From assembly GCA_051532035.1 (NCBI GenBank), contig JAOPTW010000015.1:218653-282652 (forward strand): 64,000 nt of DNA. The letters are read 5' to 3'. The DNA comes from Fibrobacterales bacterium (GTDB lineage Bacteria; Fibrobacterota; Fibrobacteria; Fibrobacterales; JAOPTW01). The position numbers were made by a program, and so were the translations under genes. Positions 1-11,300 of the stretch are shown here, piece by piece (position 1 is the first letter of the stretch; each line of letters begins with the position of its first letter). The notes beneath the pieces were generated by a model that was not told the DNA's origin, searched no databases, and saw nothing but the letters and a program-made list of their open reading frames with translations.

Positions 1-1609
1 CCTTTAGTGGATTGCCAAGAAACACATCTTTCTTTTGTGATGCCCCATAAATTTCATAGGACTTAAAGCTGGCACCTAATGCTCGCGCCCAATTAAACCA
101 GAGCGTATCAACACCAATAGTATCCACATCAATAGCAGCATACGCCACTGTAATAGAATCAAAGCCATAGAGCGAATCATCATCCATAACCCGAACCACT
201 GCCCGTACCGTATTTGCCGTGAGCACCTCTTTTTGAGGGCCCACACCAAGCTCATACTCCGTATGATCATCTAAGGCATTATAGTCCCATTCAACTTTTT
301 CAATAGTTCCAAACCGATTCATTACACTGTAATTAAAAGTAAAGAGCGCATCTTCACTAATAGTCGTATCATTACCTATCATCTGTACGACCGGTGCATC
401 AGTATACACATTGATTGCATGGGCGGCCTCAGCGCTATTTCCATCTGCATCAACAACCTTGCTCTGTACTACTACAACGCCCTCGAATGCACCAACATCT
501 ACTGTATGGACTGCAGTTCCGAGCACATAGACCCCGTCTACTCCTCTCCAAAAGTATGACAATGGACCATCACTCCCCACAGTATCTTTTGCCGATGCAG
601 CCACCTGAACTAAATCATTTATAGAAACCTCGCTACTCCCCTGCAGCCCTACAAAGGGAAGACCATTTTGAAGAGGGAGATTATCAATAGTGACTAACGA
701 ATCAGTACCTCTAAAAGTACCGCTCCAATATCCACTTACATGAGACGCAGTGTCGTACACATTTATCTCCAGAGTATATACCGTATCAAAGAAAGGCATG
801 GTAAACTCTCCAAAAAAACCAGGAAGTGTCAGGAGTGTATTTAGAGCAACGGAATCCCCACGAGCACTCGTTACTATCGCCTCTATCTGAGCAACGGCAG
901 CAATATCTCCTATGGAACTTCCTCGGATGCGCATCGACGGATTTACGGGCTGTGGTGTAGCCAACTTAACGGGCTCAGGAACGGGTTTCACTACGACTAT
1001 GAGCGTATCGTAGACAACATGACACCCATCCATCACGCGTGCAACAACCTGTTTAACGCCCACTGTAGTATAGTGATATGCCTCACCTGATACCTGCGCA
1101 AAAGGGAGCTCCAGTTCATACTGCATTTCTATCTGATAGCTGGGATCGTCATCTAACACAGAAAAAGTAGGAAAAAATCGATCACCCACAATAACCACGG
1201 TATCGCCCACGATAGTAATAGAAGGGATTCCATTTACATACCCCGTATCATGAACCTCTACAAGGGTATCAGTCAGGTCTGCAATGAGTATTCCGGCTCT
1301 TATGAGTTGTGCAGTGAGCATCACAGTATCGACTCCACTCAATGAATCTATGGTATAGCCTGATCCAATTTCTTCATTGAGTATCAGAGAAATTTGAGTA
1401 TCTCTCGCCGTAGTGTGTAGCGCAATAGAGAGTGAATCTCCAATGTGCGCATGAGTATCTAACGCAATATGGTAACTTTGATACTCCGAAAGGTCGAGTG
1501 GTTCTTCTTCTGATTTATGTGATGTAGTCGATGCGTTATCGCACCCCACTATGAGTGAAAAAACTACTAACAATCCGTAAAGCACCGTGTTATGTATGCA
1601 AAATACCAT
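1..1609 (-). CDS. Lipoprotein with repeated beta-rich PKD/Ig-like segments; 3' end runs off the window
   Basis: Not in the ORF track. My translation from ATG 1609 (GGGGAG SD) stays open to the window edge: MVFCIHNTVLYGLLVVFSLIVG-C lipobox, then motifs such as VARVMDG, SKVVDADGN, VEWDY, VRVMDDD. Confidence 0.75.
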   Translation of the reverse strand, partial: MVFCIHNTVLYGLLVVFSLIVGCDNASTTSHKSEEEPLDLSEYQSYHIALDTHAHIGDSLSIALHTTARDTQISLILNEEIGSGYTIDSLSGVDTVMLTAQLIRAGILIADLTDTLVEVHDTGYVNGIPSITIVGDTVVIVGDRFFPTFSVLDDDPSYQIEMQYELELPFAQVSGEAYHYTTVGVKQVVARVMDGCHVVYDTLIVVVKPVPEPVKLATPQPVNPSMRIRGSSIGDIAAVAQIEAIVTSARGDSVALNTLLTLPGFFGEFTMPFFDTVYTLEINVYDTASHVSGYWSGTFRGTDSLVTIDNLPLQNGLPFVGLQGSSEVSINDLVQVAASAKDTVGSDGPLSYFWRGVDGVYVLGTAVHTVDVGAFEGVVVVQSKVVDADGNSAEAAHAINVYTDAPVVQMIGNDTTISEDALFTFNYSVMNRFGTIEKVEWDYNALDDHTEYELGVGPQKEVLTANTVRAVVRVMDDDSLYGFDSITVAYAAIDVDTIGVDTLWFNWARALGASFKSYEIYGASQKKDVFLGNPLK

Positions 1610-1740
1610 TACTCCCCCAAGCTTGTGTATCAATGTGTTGGGGTAAAAATAGGTTCCTGAAAAAATGGGTGTTTATTGTAACGCCATGTTTAACATTCAG
1701 GATTTAATGAAGGTTTATAAACTGTTCATGTTGTAGACAC

Positions 1741-1768
1741 AGAAAAGCCCGGTAATCCGGGCTTTTCT
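1741..1768. terminator. Intrinsic terminator, likely bidirectional
   Basis: AGAAAAGCCCGG-TAAT-CCGGGCTTTTCT perfect hairpin downstream of 1811..3319(-). Confidence 0.85.
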
Positions 1769-1810
1769 ATTATTGTTGACTCAAAATGAGGATTTAAAAG
1801 GTCTTTTTTG

Positions 1811-3319
1811 CTATTCAGTAACCGCTTCAGTAGGTTTCGGTTCAAATCGTATATCATCGATAAATACATCACCCGAATCTGCAAACTGAATGAAAAAGGC
1901 CACTTTTAACTTTGAAAAGTCTGCTGACGTAAAGTGTGATAGTGGCACACGCACCGTCTCCCACTCCCAGATTTCTGATGCTCCAAATTTAAAAATATTT
2001 GCCATGACATCAACATCTTCGGGTTTTGCGGGGTCATATGTATCATCCTCTCTTGAACTCACCTTCACTTGCATATTATGCGCAGTGAGGACATCAAACA
2101 CGAGGTCTTGATGCTTCCATGGACGTAAATCTCTTCTGAGGGCAAGGCCTTGTGCCTGCCAATCATCAGCCTCTAGAGAATCGAGCCAGTTGGGGAAATA
2201 GAAAAAGACACTTCCCGTTTCGAATTCTAGCGACTCATAAAAACCAACAAAGAGTGAAGAGTCACCTTCAGTAACCAACGCCGGATCATCATCACGATAC
2301 CTAACCATAGGAATATAATCAGTGTACTCCTTTTCTTCATACATTATATCGGGGAAGTTCCCAATAAATCCACCACCCAACACATAGATTGAGTCTTGAA
2401 ATTCAACGGGCTTCTGGTCCCAAAAGTTCACGGCATTTTCAACAGGGGTTTCACTAAAAATCATATACTTCATTTCGGTTGGTATAAAATCAGCTTCGGC
2501 GCTATCGAGCTGAATAGAGTCTTGAACATCCGTAGAGAGCAAGGTATTATTTTTAAACTCGATGCGAATTTTAAAATCACCTTGAGGCATGTCATCAATA
2601 ACGAAGCGACCATACTCATCGACATCAACACTTTTTTCGAGGCCGTACACTTTGGCAAATGCTTGTTCATTTTCGGGGACCTCAACGGCACCGGTAATTG
2701 AACCGTACTCTTTCAGAGTCATCTGTGTTGTTATCAATGTATCATCAGCACTTATAGATATTGGTTGAAAGGCCGAGTGGGTCTCATTGTTATTCACTTC
2801 AATATTATAGTTGCCAGGAAAAAGAGATACGAGAGAGAATCGACCCGCACTGTCTGTTTTCACTACAACAGTCTCTGCTACCATGGACTTTTTAAAGAGG
2901 CCCTGCTCGGCAACCGATATTTTCCGAAGCAGCACCGGCTGCTCACCATTACCCGCAAGGTAATCTTTGGTACGAATCAGTACCTCTGCAAATGGAGCTG
3001 GAGTACTATCACTATAGAGTGCAATACCTTCTAATCGAAATTCTTTTTCAATTGAACTACTCGATCCAATGATAATTCCTGATGAACTTGGCTGAGTCAA
3101 AGATGATGAAACTCCTCCACTACTTGACTGAGCAACAGAACTACTACTTACCGTAGCAATTGGATCTGTATTACCACATTCAGTAACACTGATAACGCCG
3201 CTATTACCACATTCAGTAACACCCGCGGTCTGTTCACTCACCGAACAACCTGTTGTAAGAAGAACACTAAGAAATGTTGTCCCTAAAATAGTAGCCGGTT
3301 TTAATCCCATATATCGCAT
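1811..3319 (-). CDS. Lipoprotein: Ser-rich linker, carboxypeptidase-regulatory-like repeats, C-terminal CBM-like beta-sandwich
   Basis: Lipobox LTTG-C; poly-Ser linker; TDSAGRF..L.PG.Y and VDEYGRF.I..MP.G repeats; C-terminal WETVRVPLSHF...VFIDDIRF. Confidence 0.7.
   Translation of the reverse strand: MRYMGLKPATILGTTFLSVLLTTGCSVSEQTAGVTECGNSGVISVTECGNTDPIATVSSSSVAQSSSGGVSSSLTQPSSSGIIIGSSSSIEKEFRLEGIALYSDSTPAPFAEVLIRTKDYLAGNGEQPVLLRKISVAEQGLFKKSMVAETVVVKTDSAGRFSLVSLFPGNYNIEVNNNETHSAFQPISISADDTLITTQMTLKEYGSITGAVEVPENEQAFAKVYGLEKSVDVDEYGRFVIDDMPQGDFKIRIEFKNNTLLSTDVQDSIQLDSAEADFIPTEMKYMIFSETPVENAVNFWDQKPVEFQDSIYVLGGGFIGNFPDIMYEEKEYTDYIPMVRYRDDDPALVTEGDSSLFVGFYESLEFETGSVFFYFPNWLDSLEADDWQAQGLALRRDLRPWKHQDLVFDVLTAHNMQVKVSSREDDTYDPAKPEDVDVMANIFKFGASEIWEWETVRVPLSHFTSADFSKLKVAFFIQFADSGDVFIDDIRFEPKPTEAVTE
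3169..3222. repeat. 21-bp direct repeat, period 33, encoding VTECGN twice
   Basis: TATTACCACATTCAGTAACAC at 3169-3189 and 3202-3222. Confidence 0.9.
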
Positions 3320-3331
3320 ATACTGCTCCGG

Positions 3332-4177
3332 TTATTTCCCGTCTTTTGTCTCTGTCGTAACAGGGAAAAATTGAAAATTCAATTGATACACTCTTTGTAA
3401 ATTGGTCTCTTCTACCGCTAGTTTTGCCAGACGCTTTCTAAAATACTGTATCTCCATCTTAATAAGATTGAAGGTATCTTCTGAAAGTGACATACTCAAG
3501 CAAGAAATATCACGCTCTTTTGCATTTACTTTGTTCAGGGCATTTTTACCCATGTCCATTGTATCAAGCTGGAATTTCGCTGTATGAAGTGATTTCACCT
3601 CATCTCCGGTACTTATTGCACTATTAACCGGACGGTAGTACCCATCGTCATCCTTATCAATCAACGCCATATCGCTCAAGTAACGAATTGCTTCTTGTGC
3701 TTCACTTGCTTTGATTGCAGGAATCAATTTCTTTCCAAGTTTCGTGTGGTCTTCTGCAGTTTCTCCCTTGTAATTATAACTTTCAAGGAGCTCTCGGACA
3801 AACACATAGTACCATTTTGAAAAAAGACTCATCTTTTTCTTGTCAATCACCTTCATTTTAACTTTTTGAAGGGTAACTAGACGATTAAAGTACTCATTCT
3901 TCTCTTCAATGGTTTTGGATTGGGTAAAGTAGACCAGTATTTCAAAATACTGCATCTCGTGTTTTTTAAACTTCAGTATCTTGGCAATTTTAGTTGCCTG
4001 GATATGGGTGAGGTTTTTACGCGCAGCAATAACATTCGACATAAACCCTGTTGACGTAATACCAAGCTCAGCTAGAATAAACTTATGCGTGATCTGAGAG
4101 GCAGGTTTTTTCTTTTCCTCTTTGAATAGATCTTTAAGGTACAGTCTATAGTTTAAATAATCAAATACAATCGGCAT
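3332..4177 (-). CDS. TIGR02147-like protein (N-terminal HTH-like region plus DUF4423-like region)
   Basis: FDYLNYRLYLKD start, KWYY..VREL, ISTGDEV, ERDIS, VYQLNFQFFP. Confidence 0.85.
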   Translation of the reverse strand: MPIVFDYLNYRLYLKDLFKEEKKKPASQITHKFILAELGITSTGFMSNVIAARKNLTHIQATKIAKILKFKKHEMQYFEILVYFTQSKTIEEKNEYFNRLVTLQKVKMKVIDKKKMSLFSKWYYVFVRELLESYNYKGETAEDHTKLGKKLIPAIKASEAQEAIRYLSDMALIDKDDDGYYRPVNSAISTGDEVKSLHTAKFQLDTMDMGKNALNKVNAKERDISCLSMSLSEDTFNLIKMEIQYFRKRLAKLAVEETNLQRVYQLNFQFFPVTTETKDGK

Positions 4178-4493
4178 AGTGTGTTTCCTCGATGTGTTGC
4201 GTGTTTCCGACTCTTATTAAGGTACTATAAAAACAAGGGGTAAAGCAGAGCTAAAGTATTACTCATAGTAAGGAAAGTCGTGGCATCTCAACAACACTCA
4301 ATAGGGTAAATATAGGTTTTTTGACAAAATTCGCTCATTTGTAACAGTATTATATCCTCTGTTAGGTGCGAATTTACATTGAATTTTAGATGTTTTGGTA
4401 AGAATTTTTGAAGAGTCAAATTTCTCTAAATCAAGTGAAGCTTTAATGTATCTTTCACTCTATAGAACCCCCATTAACAGCGGAATTTTGGCT

Positions 4494-6092
4494 ATGCGTG
4501 TACTCTTCTATTTCTTTAAAAACGTCCATATACCCCTCTTTTTACCCATTATTAAAGAATTACACACAAAAAGCCCCCATATTACCCTCTTTTTTGCCGC
4601 ACCTGACGATAATCCCGCAATAAGAGAAGGGCTCTCTCCTGATGAAAAAAAGGCACTTGCTTCTCTGCCTGGAACGTGGCTCAGCTCTGTTAATGAGCAA
4701 CAGTGTGACATTGCCCTCATGGCTGATTGTGTTGCTGATCGTCTTACCGGGCACAAAAAGGTGATCAATATTGGCCACGGGCTTATATCAAAAGGGCAGT
4801 ATTATTGCGATAACCCTTTAATTGGACGAGAAAACTTAGCTGATGTCATGTGTGTCCCCGGCCCTTGGCACAAACAAGAGCTTGAAAAATATGTGTACAT
4901 ACCCATTGAGGTGACCGGTATGTCGAAGCTCGATGAGCTTTTTACACTTCTTGATAAGCCCGCTCTCTGTGCGACCCTTTCTCTCGATCCCAATCGTCCC
5001 ATTTTTCTCTGGGCACCGACTTTTAATTTTGAACTGAGCGGTATACCCGTACTCTGGACTCAAATCAGAAAATTAACCGCAATCGGGCAAGTGGTCATTA
5101 AAACTCACGGAACGACTGACCCATTTTTTGTACGAGAACTCACGCACCTTGCGCAAGCACACACTGACATTCATTTCATCACCGACCTTGACCCTACCCC
5201 TCTTATGAAAATCGCGGACCTCATGATCACCGATGTGAGCTCGGTAATGTTTGAGTTTGCCGCACTTGATAAACCCATCGTACTCGTAAACAATCCACAC
5301 ATGGAAGAATACAAAAATTACCGGCCGCAAGATGTGGAGTATACAAAGCGGGATATTGGACCGGTTATTACATCGGCAAAGGAACTTGTTCCCGTAGTTT
5401 CACAACAACTCCACCACCCTGAGCAGTTTAGAGAGAAACGGAAGGCTTGTACCCAAGAGATGTTTGCCGCGACAGATGGGAGAAATTGCGCGCGTATTGT
5501 GGATGTAATTGTGAAACACTTGCAACCCACTCTAGCCTCCCCCACCTATTGCGTCATTATCAAGGAGGCTATTACTGAGGCGCAACTTAATGCCCTTAGA
5601 CTACAACATCCAGAACCCGTCACACTCTTTTATCGTGCAACCTCAACATCGGTCCCCGGCATTACTCTAGTTGCAGACACAGTAACCCTCATGCAAACAC
5701 TTGCACAACAACCTGTTGAGTATGTATTACTCTATGAGCGTGCGTGCGAGCTTGTTGCCCCATGGAGTAAACAGCTCTTTGGTCAGCTTGAGAAAAAGCA
5801 AAACTGTCCTGATGTTGTTGGCGCATTAACGACCCAACAAAACCAAGGGGGCAGTTATTTCCAAAATTTTATGAAACTACAACAGTATCGCCCTCCAGCA
5901 GAGATGACTGTTCAACAGGTTGCCCATTTTTTACGCTATACAAATCCAGGTGAATTACATACGCTCTCAACTATAGATAGCCCTGTTTGGGCTGTCAAGA
6001 AAAATACTATTATTCAAAACAGTACTATTATAGATGCACCAAGTGAAGCTGCACGCTACGCCCTCTCTACTGACACTCTTGCTGTAGAGTAG
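4494..6092 (+). CDS. CDP-glycerol glycerophosphotransferase-family (TagB/TagF-like GT-B) protein with degenerate C-terminal GT-A-like domain
   Basis: GHG, TGMSKLD, WAPTF, KTHG, TDVSS motifs; start moved to MRVLFY by alignment with paralog 6105..8213. Confidence 0.75.
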   Translation: MRVLFYFFKNVHIPLFLPIIKELHTKSPHITLFFAAPDDNPAIREGLSPDEKKALASLPGTWLSSVNEQQCDIALMADCVADRLTGHKKVINIGHGLISKGQYYCDNPLIGRENLADVMCVPGPWHKQELEKYVYIPIEVTGMSKLDELFTLLDKPALCATLSLDPNRPIFLWAPTFNFELSGIPVLWTQIRKLTAIGQVVIKTHGTTDPFFVRELTHLAQAHTDIHFITDLDPTPLMKIADLMITDVSSVMFEFAALDKPIVLVNNPHMEEYKNYRPQDVEYTKRDIGPVITSAKELVPVVSQQLHHPEQFREKRKACTQEMFAATDGRNCARIVDVIVKHLQPTLASPTYCVIIKEAITEAQLNALRLQHPEPVTLFYRATSTSVPGITLVADTVTLMQTLAQQPVEYVLLYERACELVAPWSKQLFGQLEKKQNCPDVVGALTTQQNQGGSYFQNFMKLQQYRPPAEMTVQQVAHFLRYTNPGELHTLSTIDSPVWAVKKNTIIQNSTIIDAPSEAARYALSTDTLAVE

Positions 6093-6104
6093 CTTCACTC
6101 ACCT

Positions 6105-8213
6105 TTAATTGAGCAAGTCTAAAACGTTTTGAGCTGCTTTGTTCGAAGTCAATGGCACAGGATCATTTTCTCCTGAACTCGTATGATCACGTTGTTGTGG
6201 AACTCTCTGTAATGCTTTAAGCATCTCTTCTTTTGCTTCGTACAACACCCCCCACACCCCAGGTCCTCCCCCAAGATTTTTAATGGTTGAGACAATTGTG
6301 CTTAAACTATCCCAGTCACCGATATAATCATTCTTTACGGTATCCTTTAAGAGAGAAACACCAAACTCAATGCTACCCTTCTCAATGAGCATCTTACCTA
6401 TCCGCGCCTTAATCACATCTGATGAAAGCCGCTCTAACACTGTATTTACGGCATCTTCCGGGAGGAGCTCAGGGGATTGAAAAATCTTGGGAAGAATAGA
6501 GAGTAAAGATTGCGTCAATTCAGCACTCGTGGTATACGTAAGTAACCCTTCGCCTACCATTGTATTGAGACGACCAAACTCATCTTTCCAATTTGGACTT
6601 GCCTGCAAACGGGTCAATCCCTCCTGAGACAGGATAAAATAATCACTGGTAACATCAACGGAACAAGGAGAAGTATTTAATCCATTCTTTGAGAGTAACC
6701 TAAAAGCAACTTGCTCAATATCATTTTCGAGTTCTTGATCAAATCGCCCGTATTGCTGCCAATACCGCGCACTTGACTCTTCGCTCGAGCACCCATACAA
6801 TAGTGCCAGACTTGTATTTTGTTTAAAAATTTCATGGGCAAAATAGAACGGGTTTCGGAATACCATGGACCACGGGGAGAGGTACACAATATAATCACCT
6901 TTTGCCTGTTTTGCCCCTACCTTCCAAGCCTCGAGAGAGTCGTCTGTTGCGTGCACTACTCCTTCACTCCGGACAAATCCGAGGTTCTTGGCACAGAGTA
7001 AAGCACTCTCAATAGCAGGTGACATTTCTGCAACAACAACAATGAGCTCAATTGCCATCGATGTTTGTTGCCATAGTTGCACTATTCGTCGTTCAAAAAA
7101 TTCTTCGCCCGGTTTGACAGGAATTACAACCGAAAAGAGTGGCGACTGATTTGCCATGGGAATGTCGCATAATTTTCGACATTCATTCCATACATTTTCT
7201 GAAGCGCTACCGCCTGTGCTCCCCATGAGTTGAGCACCATAGACACGTCGAAGAGGCTCCTTCTCACCTGGGAATTGCAACGCCCGATCAACACTCTGTT
7301 TTACCTCATCAATCGTAGTACAGCGATAGCCAAACTCTCGCCACGCATACTCAATTTCACTTGGATTATAGCTATGATACAAACCCCAATCAGGTGAATC
7401 AAAAAGTACCACTGGTATATTAAGTGCCATCGCCTCCATCATAGTACTCGACACATCAGAAATGACAACATCTGCAATAGAAAGCCATGGAGTAATGTCT
7501 CCATCATTTACAACAGTGAGTCCTTGATACTGAGAAGCCATCTTACGGAACAGAGTAAAAAAATGCTGTGGCGTTGAACCATGAAGCTTAATGCATATTT
7601 CTCGATCATCTGCAATGAGTTTAAAAAGTTCACTCCCAATATATCCATTTGCACTAAGTACCTGATTAAAGGTAGGTGCATAGAGTACAATTTTTTTAGC
7701 CACCTCTATGCCATACTTTTCACACACACTTTTTTTATCGTAGGCTTTATTAAACGCGGGATCTAATTTGGGCATCCCTGTAGGAACTACTGACGTCGTG
7801 AGAAGTGAACTCAACAATGTATGGGCATAGGGGCCTGGCACACAGAGCATGTCCACAAAATTTTCACGGCCGATCCAAATTGAATCTGTAAAATAAAATC
7901 CTTTGGATATTGTGCCATGACCAACGCCAACTACTTTGCCACACCCTCTTACCTTGCCCCCTATGGAGTCGGCAATAAAGGTTACATCTACGTTATACTC
8001 ATCGGGTCTTCTGCAAAAGGTTACTGAGTCGTATGAGAGTATTTCATCACAGACATTTTTTGAAAGGTCATTACCCATGAGAAAGTAAAGATGCGGGACA
8101 CAGAATATTATCTTTTCTACATCTTCACGGTTTGAGAGGTAGTGGTAGAGTTCTTTGAACATTGACCAGTGGACGTTTTTTAGGATGTAGAATTGGATTG
8201 TGTATTTTTTCAT
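6105..8213 (-). CDS. TagB/TagF-like protein fused to GT2-like domain
   Basis: GHG, TGMPKLD, YAPTF, KLHG, SDVSS; then FSVVIPV...AKGDYIVYL. Confidence 0.75.
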   Translation of the reverse strand: MKKYTIQFYILKNVHWSMFKELYHYLSNREDVEKIIFCVPHLYFLMGNDLSKNVCDEILSYDSVTFCRRPDEYNVDVTFIADSIGGKVRGCGKVVGVGHGTISKGFYFTDSIWIGRENFVDMLCVPGPYAHTLLSSLLTTSVVPTGMPKLDPAFNKAYDKKSVCEKYGIEVAKKIVLYAPTFNQVLSANGYIGSELFKLIADDREICIKLHGSTPQHFFTLFRKMASQYQGLTVVNDGDITPWLSIADVVISDVSSTMMEAMALNIPVVLFDSPDWGLYHSYNPSEIEYAWREFGYRCTTIDEVKQSVDRALQFPGEKEPLRRVYGAQLMGSTGGSASENVWNECRKLCDIPMANQSPLFSVVIPVKPGEEFFERRIVQLWQQTSMAIELIVVVAEMSPAIESALLCAKNLGFVRSEGVVHATDDSLEAWKVGAKQAKGDYIVYLSPWSMVFRNPFYFAHEIFKQNTSLALLYGCSSEESSARYWQQYGRFDQELENDIEQVAFRLLSKNGLNTSPCSVDVTSDYFILSQEGLTRLQASPNWKDEFGRLNTMVGEGLLTYTTSAELTQSLLSILPKIFQSPELLPEDAVNTVLERLSSDVIKARIGKMLIEKGSIEFGVSLLKDTVKNDYIGDWDSLSTIVSTIKNLGGGPGVWGVLYEAKEEMLKALQRVPQQRDHTSSGENDPVPLTSNKAAQNVLDLLN

Positions 8214-8356
8214 TTTTTTAATCCATATAAAAATTTCGTCGAAAAATTATTTGGTTGATCATTATCTATTAGCTGTAATTTACGTTCAAGTTCTGGGAGG
8301 TTTATTTTTTCTGCTAGCATAGCCGAATAATTATAATACTACAGTCGAAGGTATTC

Positions 8357-11300
8357 TCATCCCCCTCTCACCGATTGTGAAATAAGTTTAGAATAGATCG
8401 AAATATATTCACTTGCATTATCATATATTGTTTTCACTTTTGGAACTGCCTGTTTCATATGCTCTATCAACTCAGGGTCATCTACAACCACCTGTAATAC
8501 CCGAGCAAGACTTTCTATAGATCCATTTTCAAAAAGCCAGCCATTAACTCCATTATCAACCATCTCTGGAACCCCTCCCGTATCTGACGCAACTACAGGA
8601 GTATTTTGACTAAACGCCTCTTGTACTGATAAAGGGGCATTATCCATCAACGAAGGAATTACGGCAAGGTCAATTCTTGAAAAGATATCAGAAATCATTT
8701 CTGGCGTATATTTACCATGCCAAATTATGTTGGAACATGACATTGTCGATTGCTTCAATATTTCCCAATATTCAATTTCTGCTCCCCCACCATATATATG
8801 CAGCTCTACATTTGGCGATTTCAGTAGTAAAAATGCGTCTATCAATATATGAACGCCTTTACGCTGTATTATTTGCCCTGCATAGCCTATACGCAATTTC
8901 ATGTCTGGTTTTTTTGTCATCACCGGAAAAAGCTGATGTCCATTTGACAAATAGTCTACTCCTGTAAACCCATACTTATCAAATTTATTTATTAAGTACA
9001 TACTGGGGGCAACCTTTACATCTATCTGCTGAAAACGCTTGTGAAATGTTTTTTTCCGTTCACCATGATATGTAGTTAACTCATCTACAAAACTGGGCTT
9101 ATGCATATTGCCAAATTGTTTGCCATAGCAATTCGCACACTTTTCTATTGATTCGGGGCCTTCACAAATCTCACGGTCAGGTGTCGTTATATGCCAATTG
9201 GAACAAATAAACCAAAAATCATGTAACGTCATCACCATAGGGATCTTGGCAACCTTTATAACATCTATCGGCGCAGTAGAAATCTGTCCTAACCCATGAA
9301 TATGTACCAAATCATAATTTTGCTTTTTTAAAAAATTCTGAAATATTAAACGTACTTCAGGGTGATCTAGATATCGGCTACCATATGCCAACTGCTCTTT
9401 GTTTATACGATAAACAGTTATTCCTTCAAGATCATGTTGAGTCAATTCAAACTTATTACTTTCCCCTCTAAATGTAGGGTGTAAAATATCAACTACCATC
9501 TCCCCCGTTGCATTCATAATTTTTGCAAGATTAAGAGCAAAAAGTTGAGCACCTGCATATCTAAATGGGGGGAAATCATGACAAACAAATAGTATCCGAA
9601 GGTTCTCATTTGATGGCTTTATAGCTACTGATTGCCCTACTTCGGTCAATCTTCTTTTATGGCACAATGACAAAAATGAACCTAAATCCTGAGTTTTTGG
9701 TTTCCAATCCATATTGTTTTCGGCATATTGCCGCATATTGGCAGTTACATTTTTCTCAGTTCTGAGTTTCTCGGCAAATCTTACGACCTCTGAGAAATCT
9801 ATTGGATCATCTGTCGCCACAACCTGTAAAACATAAGGAAGGTCAACCGACACGTCAACATCCTGATATCCTAATACAAATGGAATTCCCCGGGCCATAT
9901 ACTCGCGTACTTTGAGAGTACTACCATCATCCAAATCAATTCTATGAAGTGCCAAACTACCAATAGCAATATCTGATTCATTAATAAACGTTTCGATCTG
10001 TTGAGCCCCCACCCAACCAGTAAACGTGACCTGATTTGAAAGCCCCGCTTGCCTTACCATCTGTTTAATTCCATCAAGCAGTTGCCCATCTCCGGCAACA
10101 ATGAGTTCGAATGCATTCCTCCCAGGAAAGCGCGCCCACCCAGCTATCAACCTATCAAGACCATGCCAGGAAGCTAAAGCCCCTACAAATACAAGTTTAA
10201 TTTTTTCACGATTTAACTTTAGTAGATTACTTCGCACCGGAAATTCACTCACATTTATGCCATTGCCCATTAGGTGACCCTGCGAATGAGCGATATCCCC
10301 CCGTTGCAAATCATATTTCATGATGCAATTTGAAACACCAACAATCCCGAGAGCATGATGTAAAATCTGTGGGCCAAATATTTTTTCGGCCGCTGCATGA
10401 TTCAAATAATTCTGAAGAATAAGCTCTTTATCTTTTTTTGTTTGAGATTCAAATACAAAATTCCCATGTTTTTTTACTAGTGTAGTAAATTCAGCTGTAG
10501 CCATTTCACGGCCCTGATAGCGAAAATAAATAACATCTGGTTGTGCGACTTGAAGCAACCTATCCAAATCTGAAACAATCTCAAGTCGAGGGCGATTTTC
10601 GTAGTCAAAATGAGTAAAAATTATTTCTGGGAATTGCGCCCAATCAATGTCACCCTTATCGGCTCCAATAACCAATCCCTGTGCATCGTAACCCGCATTG
10701 CGAAGTCCTATTATTTCAGACTGCATTTTTTTAAAAATTTGTGGAAAATTACTATGCAATATACCCGAAACAATTATCCTGAGCTTCTTTCGAGTACCAT
10801 TTTCACTGATAGCATTCTCTAAGGGGCCCTCAATCTCTGCAAGCAAATCATTTGCACCTTTGTGATCAGGACAACTTTTAAGTAATTCTACCATTACTTC
10901 AATTGCTCGATCTGTTTGTCCCAACTTCCAAAAGTTACGGCTTAAAAGTACATATGCATCCCAATAATTAGGCTTCTCTCTTACCATCAACATTATCTGA
11001 TCAATTGAACTGGAATAGTCCCCTTTTTTATATGTCAAATAAGGTTCACGCAAAAGACCATCATTAATATGATCTACTTCATTTATTGAATTTTCAGTAA
11101 CCGTATTATACAACTGCTGAATAATTTTTTGTGCAGCAGTTCCTCCCCCATAAAAATCAGTACTAAAATCAAGCTGTTTATTTATCATTTCTTTATAGGA
11201 ACAAATTATAGATTCTCTATCTGCACCAGCCAAAGAGTTGTACCCCCCTTCAACCAGCTCTGTCCACTCTGTCTCATCACGCAATGTGACACAAGGTTTT

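Noticed and set aside
4321..4353. TTGACA sigma70 promoter before 4494
   Set aside because: No acceptable -10 at 16-18 bp spacing.
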